From: a virus
Lineage: Duplodnaviria > Caudoviricetes
Length of the DNA: 28,712 nucleotides
IMG/VR virus record: IMGVR_UViG_3300044453_000024
Coordinates: 1-28,712 of that record
Strand: one strand, 5' to 3'
Shown here piece by piece: positions 26,074 to 28,712 of this stretch (positions are counted from its first letter, which is position 1; every line of letters starts with the position of its first letter). The translations under genes were made by a program, and so were the position numbers. The notes below the pieces were generated by a model. That model was not told the DNA's origin. It ran no database searches and saw only the letters and a list, made by a program, of their open reading frames with translations.

Positions 26074-27685
26074 CTTGCTCCTCCACCGGCTCGAAGCGCG
26101 GATCGACTTCCGTATGGCGCCCGGTCTCTGGATCCCACCGAAGGTGGGTGGCACTCCCGAGCTCACCGCTGAAGCGGTTCTTGAGCACGGTCACCTGGGT
26201 CAAGTTGTTGTCCTCCCCGAGCGTGTCCCGCGACAAAGCAAGGCACGCATCGGAGAGCTGGGAAATGGCCTGCGAGCCACGCAGGTGGGACAGCTCGATC
26301 TCTCCTCCACGTTCCGCCGCCCTCCCATCAACGCGGCGAAGGTGGGAGACCAAGACCATTCCAACCCCCGTGGCCTCGCAGACCTGGCTACGCAAGGCCG
26401 TCATGACGTTGTCGATGAGGCGCCGTTCGTCTCCCTCCCCCTGACCCCATCCCGAAACGAGGATTGAAAGGTGGTCGACGAACAGCACATCGACCTTTTC
26501 GGCCACGCGCAGGTATCGGCATCGGGCGAGCAGGTTCTCGCTGCTCATGCTCCCGAAGTGGTTGTAGACAAAGAGTCGATCCTTGAGCTCCCGCTCGAAG
26601 ACCTCACGGATCTCTTCGTCGCTGACATTGCTCCTGTCCAGGTGCAGGGGCTTACCCATCAGCAGGCCCAGCAGAGACAGCCCGGTGCGAGCCAGGCCCT
26701 CCTCGAGCGCGATGTAGCCCACGCGGAGCCCTTGCTGCAGCAGGTGCACAGCCAAGCTGCGACAGAACTGGCTCTTGCCCACGCCTGTGCCGGCGCAGAC
26801 GGTCACCAGCTCTCCAGCGCGGATGCCGTGGAGCTTTTCGTTGAGCCCCTCCCACGGGTACTGAGCCAGCGACTCGGCGCCCTTGTCCTCGAGGATCGCC
26901 GTCAGCAGCTCGTCGCCCGTGACGATGCCGTCGGGCCTGTAAGGCTTCGCTTCCCACCAGGCCTGGACGAGCTCCTCCTGGAGCCCCTGGCTGCAAGCAT
27001 CGCATACGTCGTTGGAGCCTTCGGGCACCATGACGATCCGACACTTACCCGGGGCGAAGAGCTGGGCGATCTCCTCGGCCGCCTTCGCCCCAGCCTCGTC
27101 GCGATCCATGCAGATGCGGACCTCCTCGAAGCTCTCGAAGAAATCGATGTCTCGAGCGACGGCCTTGGCTCCACCTGCAGCACCGGAGGGCAGGGCCACC
27201 GCCGGGTACTTGGGGAACATATCGAGCCACTTCAGGCAGTCAGTCTCGCCCTCGAAGATCGAGATGCGCCGGCCCCCGGGCTTGAATCGGTGAAGTTGCC
27301 AGCAGGACAGCTTGGAGCCCTGACCCACCACGGAGAACCGCTTGCCCGGTGCCTTCACCTTCTGGGCCACCAGAGCGCCCTGGGCGTCCCGGTAGTCCGC
27401 GACCTGCACGGTTTCCCCGTTGACCGTCGCCACTCCGTAGCCGGCCATGCGACAGGTGCCCGAGCGGATGCCGCGGCTCTTCAGGTCAGCCGGCCGGTGC
27501 TGGATGAACCCCTCGGGAACCTGGGGCTCCTCGGGAACCTCGAGCTCACCCTCGCCAGGGAAGTACTTCTCGCAGGAGAAGCAGAAGCCGTGCCCGTCGC
27601 TGTAGCGAGCCAGGGCATCTGAACTGCCGCAAGCAGGGCAGGGCTCATGGGCCACAAAGTCGGCCTGCTCGATCAGATCAGACAC
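26057..27685 (-). CDS. DNA primase-helicase (T7 gp4-like)
   Basis: Zn finger CPACGSSD...CFSC, TOPRIM EGETD and DRDEAG, Walker A AGTGVGKS, DHL, SHLRR, LRGS, LKNRFSG. GTG start at 27683-27685 after GAGG. Confidence 0.97.
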   Translation of the reverse strand: MSDLIEQADFVAHEPCPACGSSDALARYSDGHGFCFSCEKYFPGEGELEVPEEPQVPEGFIQHRPADLKSRGIRSGTCRMAGYGVATVNGETVQVADYRDAQGALVAQKVKAPGKRFSVVGQGSKLSCWQLHRFKPGGRRISIFEGETDCLKWLDMFPKYPAVALPSGAAGGAKAVARDIDFFESFEEVRICMDRDEAGAKAAEEIAQLFAPGKCRIVMVPEGSNDVCDACSQGLQEELVQAWWEAKPYRPDGIVTGDELLTAILEDKGAESLAQYPWEGLNEKLHGIRAGELVTVCAGTGVGKSQFCRSLAVHLLQQGLRVGYIALEEGLARTGLSLLGLLMGKPLHLDRSNVSDEEIREVFERELKDRLFVYNHFGSMSSENLLARCRYLRVAEKVDVLFVDHLSILVSGWGQGEGDERRLIDNVMTALRSQVCEATGVGMVLVSHLRRVDGRAAERGGEIELSHLRGSQAISQLSDACLALSRDTLGEDNNLTQVTVLKNRFSGELGSATHLRWDPETGRHTEVDPRFEPVEEQDAVPF

Positions 27686-28065
27686 TTGATCGCCACCTCG
27701 ATGCGCCCGTCGTCTCCGGGCTCGGACCACTGCTTCTCGCTGTGACTGACGATCACCTGGCAGTCATCAATCCAGGCCCCAGCGTCTGTCAGGCTGTCCC
27801 ACAGACTTTTCTCGAAGTTGTCGATGTCGCCCTTGGGGTGAGCGAGCTTCGTGGTCTTCGGGCGCCGGCACACAAAGGTCGACCAGACGATTACAGGACC
27901 GTCGAGCGGGCCCTCGAGGCCGGCGTCCCGAAGCAACGGAGGCAGCAGGCCGCCCATGTCCTTCTTCCACGCCTTGTACTTGGCGGGGTAGTAGGTCCAG
28001 CCCTTGCTTGTCACCCGGGGGCGCGGGCACGGGATGGGGGACAGAGGGACGACGAATTCGAACAT
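27673..28065 (-). CDS. rusA: RusA-family Holliday junction resolvase
   Basis: PxPxPRPR N-terminus and the catalytic signature DIDNFEKSLWDSL...WIDDCQV (DxDNxxKxxxD...DD). Confidence 0.88.
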   Translation of the reverse strand: MFEFVVPLSPIPCPRPRVTSKGWTYYPAKYKAWKKDMGGLLPPLLRDAGLEGPLDGPVIVWSTFVCRRPKTTKLAHPKGDIDNFEKSLWDSLTDAGAWIDDCQVIVSHSEKQWSEPGDDGRIEVAIKCLI

Positions 28066-28712
28066 CAGAAGTCGTAGTCCGCGGCGCTGGCCTCGGTGGC
28101 CGTGAACCCCTCAGTGGGGGAGAAGCCGAAGTCCGAGGCCTCCTGTGCCCCCCCGCCGGCACCGGGCTCACGGAGCTCGATGATCTGAACGGCGCTCAGG
28201 AGGAGCGTCAGGTTCGCCACGCCGGATGCGGTGTACCCGTAGTAGCTGCCTGCCAGCTTCGCCTGCGTCCCGAAGCCGATGGGGGGCACATCGGTCATGA
28301 GCTGGCCGGTAGCGTCGAAGTACTTCGGGCCAGCCGGCTCGAGCACACCTTCGCGGGTAGCGCGAAAGGCCTTGGTGCTCGTCTTGAACACCGCTTCGCC
28401 CTCACCGAGGGAGTCGAGCATGCGGGTCGCAGATTCCCCGATGTCATCCCACCGCTCAGTCTCGGCCGTCAGCCACTGCACGTTCTTCTTCACTGTGCGC
28501 GGCTTCTTGCCGCTGGCCTGCTTCACGGTGTTGATCCACTCGGCCATCACCTCTTCGGTGCGGTCCAGGAATGCGGCGGCCTCTGCCCCGGTGAGCAGGA
28601 TCGACGCCTTGAACTTCTGCCTCTCCTGCTCCGGCTGGAACTTGGAATCGGGCTCGTTCAGGTAAAGGGGGGAGACAAGGCGCCCAGCGGGCGTCGTGAA
28701 GTTGCCGAGGGC
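28065..28712 (-). CDS. ssb: Single-stranded DNA-binding protein (T7 gp2.5-like), 5' end outside the window
   Basis: The frame is open to the window edge: ..FTTPAGRLVSPLYLNEPDSKF...PKYFDATG...IGFGT..KL...L.L.AVQIIEL; acidic tail ending DYDF. Confidence 0.9.
   Translation of the reverse strand, partial: ALGNFTTPAGRLVSPLYLNEPDSKFQPEQERQKFKASILLTGAEAAAFLDRTEEVMAEWINTVKQASGKKPRTVKKNVQWLTAETERWDDIGESATRMLDSLGEGEAVFKTSTKAFRATREGVLEPAGPKYFDATGQLMTDVPPIGFGTQAKLAGSYYGYTASGVANLTLLLSAVQIIELREPGAGGGAQEASDFGFSPTEGFTATEASAADYDF

Noticed and set aside
21994-27730. Longer N-termini given by the ORF track (starts at 22500, 23321, 25243, 26166, 27730)
   Set aside because: The extensions overlap upstream genes and read as non-coding-like sequence; downstream starts fit RBS position, coupling or domain boundaries better.
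1-28712. CRISPR arrays, tRNA/rRNA genes, integrase or IS elements, stop-codon reassignment
   Set aside because: No spaced repeats or RNA genes were seen, coding density leaves almost no room, and TAA, TAG and TGA all end full-length conserved genes.

Overview
This window is about 28.7 kb of a GC-rich, T7-like (Autographiviridae-type architecture) podophage genome, with every credible gene on the minus strand and mostly translationally coupled. Reading right to left, the replication block has SSB (partial), RusA resolvase, primase-helicase, a PAPS-reductase/PP-loop family protein, family A DNA polymerase, a LAGLIDADG protein, 5'-3' exonuclease and an Nmad1/DUF1599-like protein. The virion block has gp6.5- and gp6.7-like genes, portal, scaffold, a lipoprotein with a C-terminal membrane segment, major capsid, tail tubes A/B, internal virion proteins gp13-16, tail fiber and a collar-domain protein. 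The left end has a holin-like gene, two tandem paralogous small beta proteins, TerS, a basic Ser/Arg protein, TerL, an NrdR-like Zn ribbon, an HNH protein and a truncated ORF. The main departures from the T7 plan are a candidate nucleotide/DNA-modification set in the replication block, a very high density of the palindrome CTCGAG (about 85-90 by hand count), a lipoprotein with unimolecular-spanin topology between scaffold and capsid, a structured capsid leader, and RusA and LAGLIDADG genes in slots where T7 has other nucleases. All family assignments come from motif recognition and synteny; no database searches were run.
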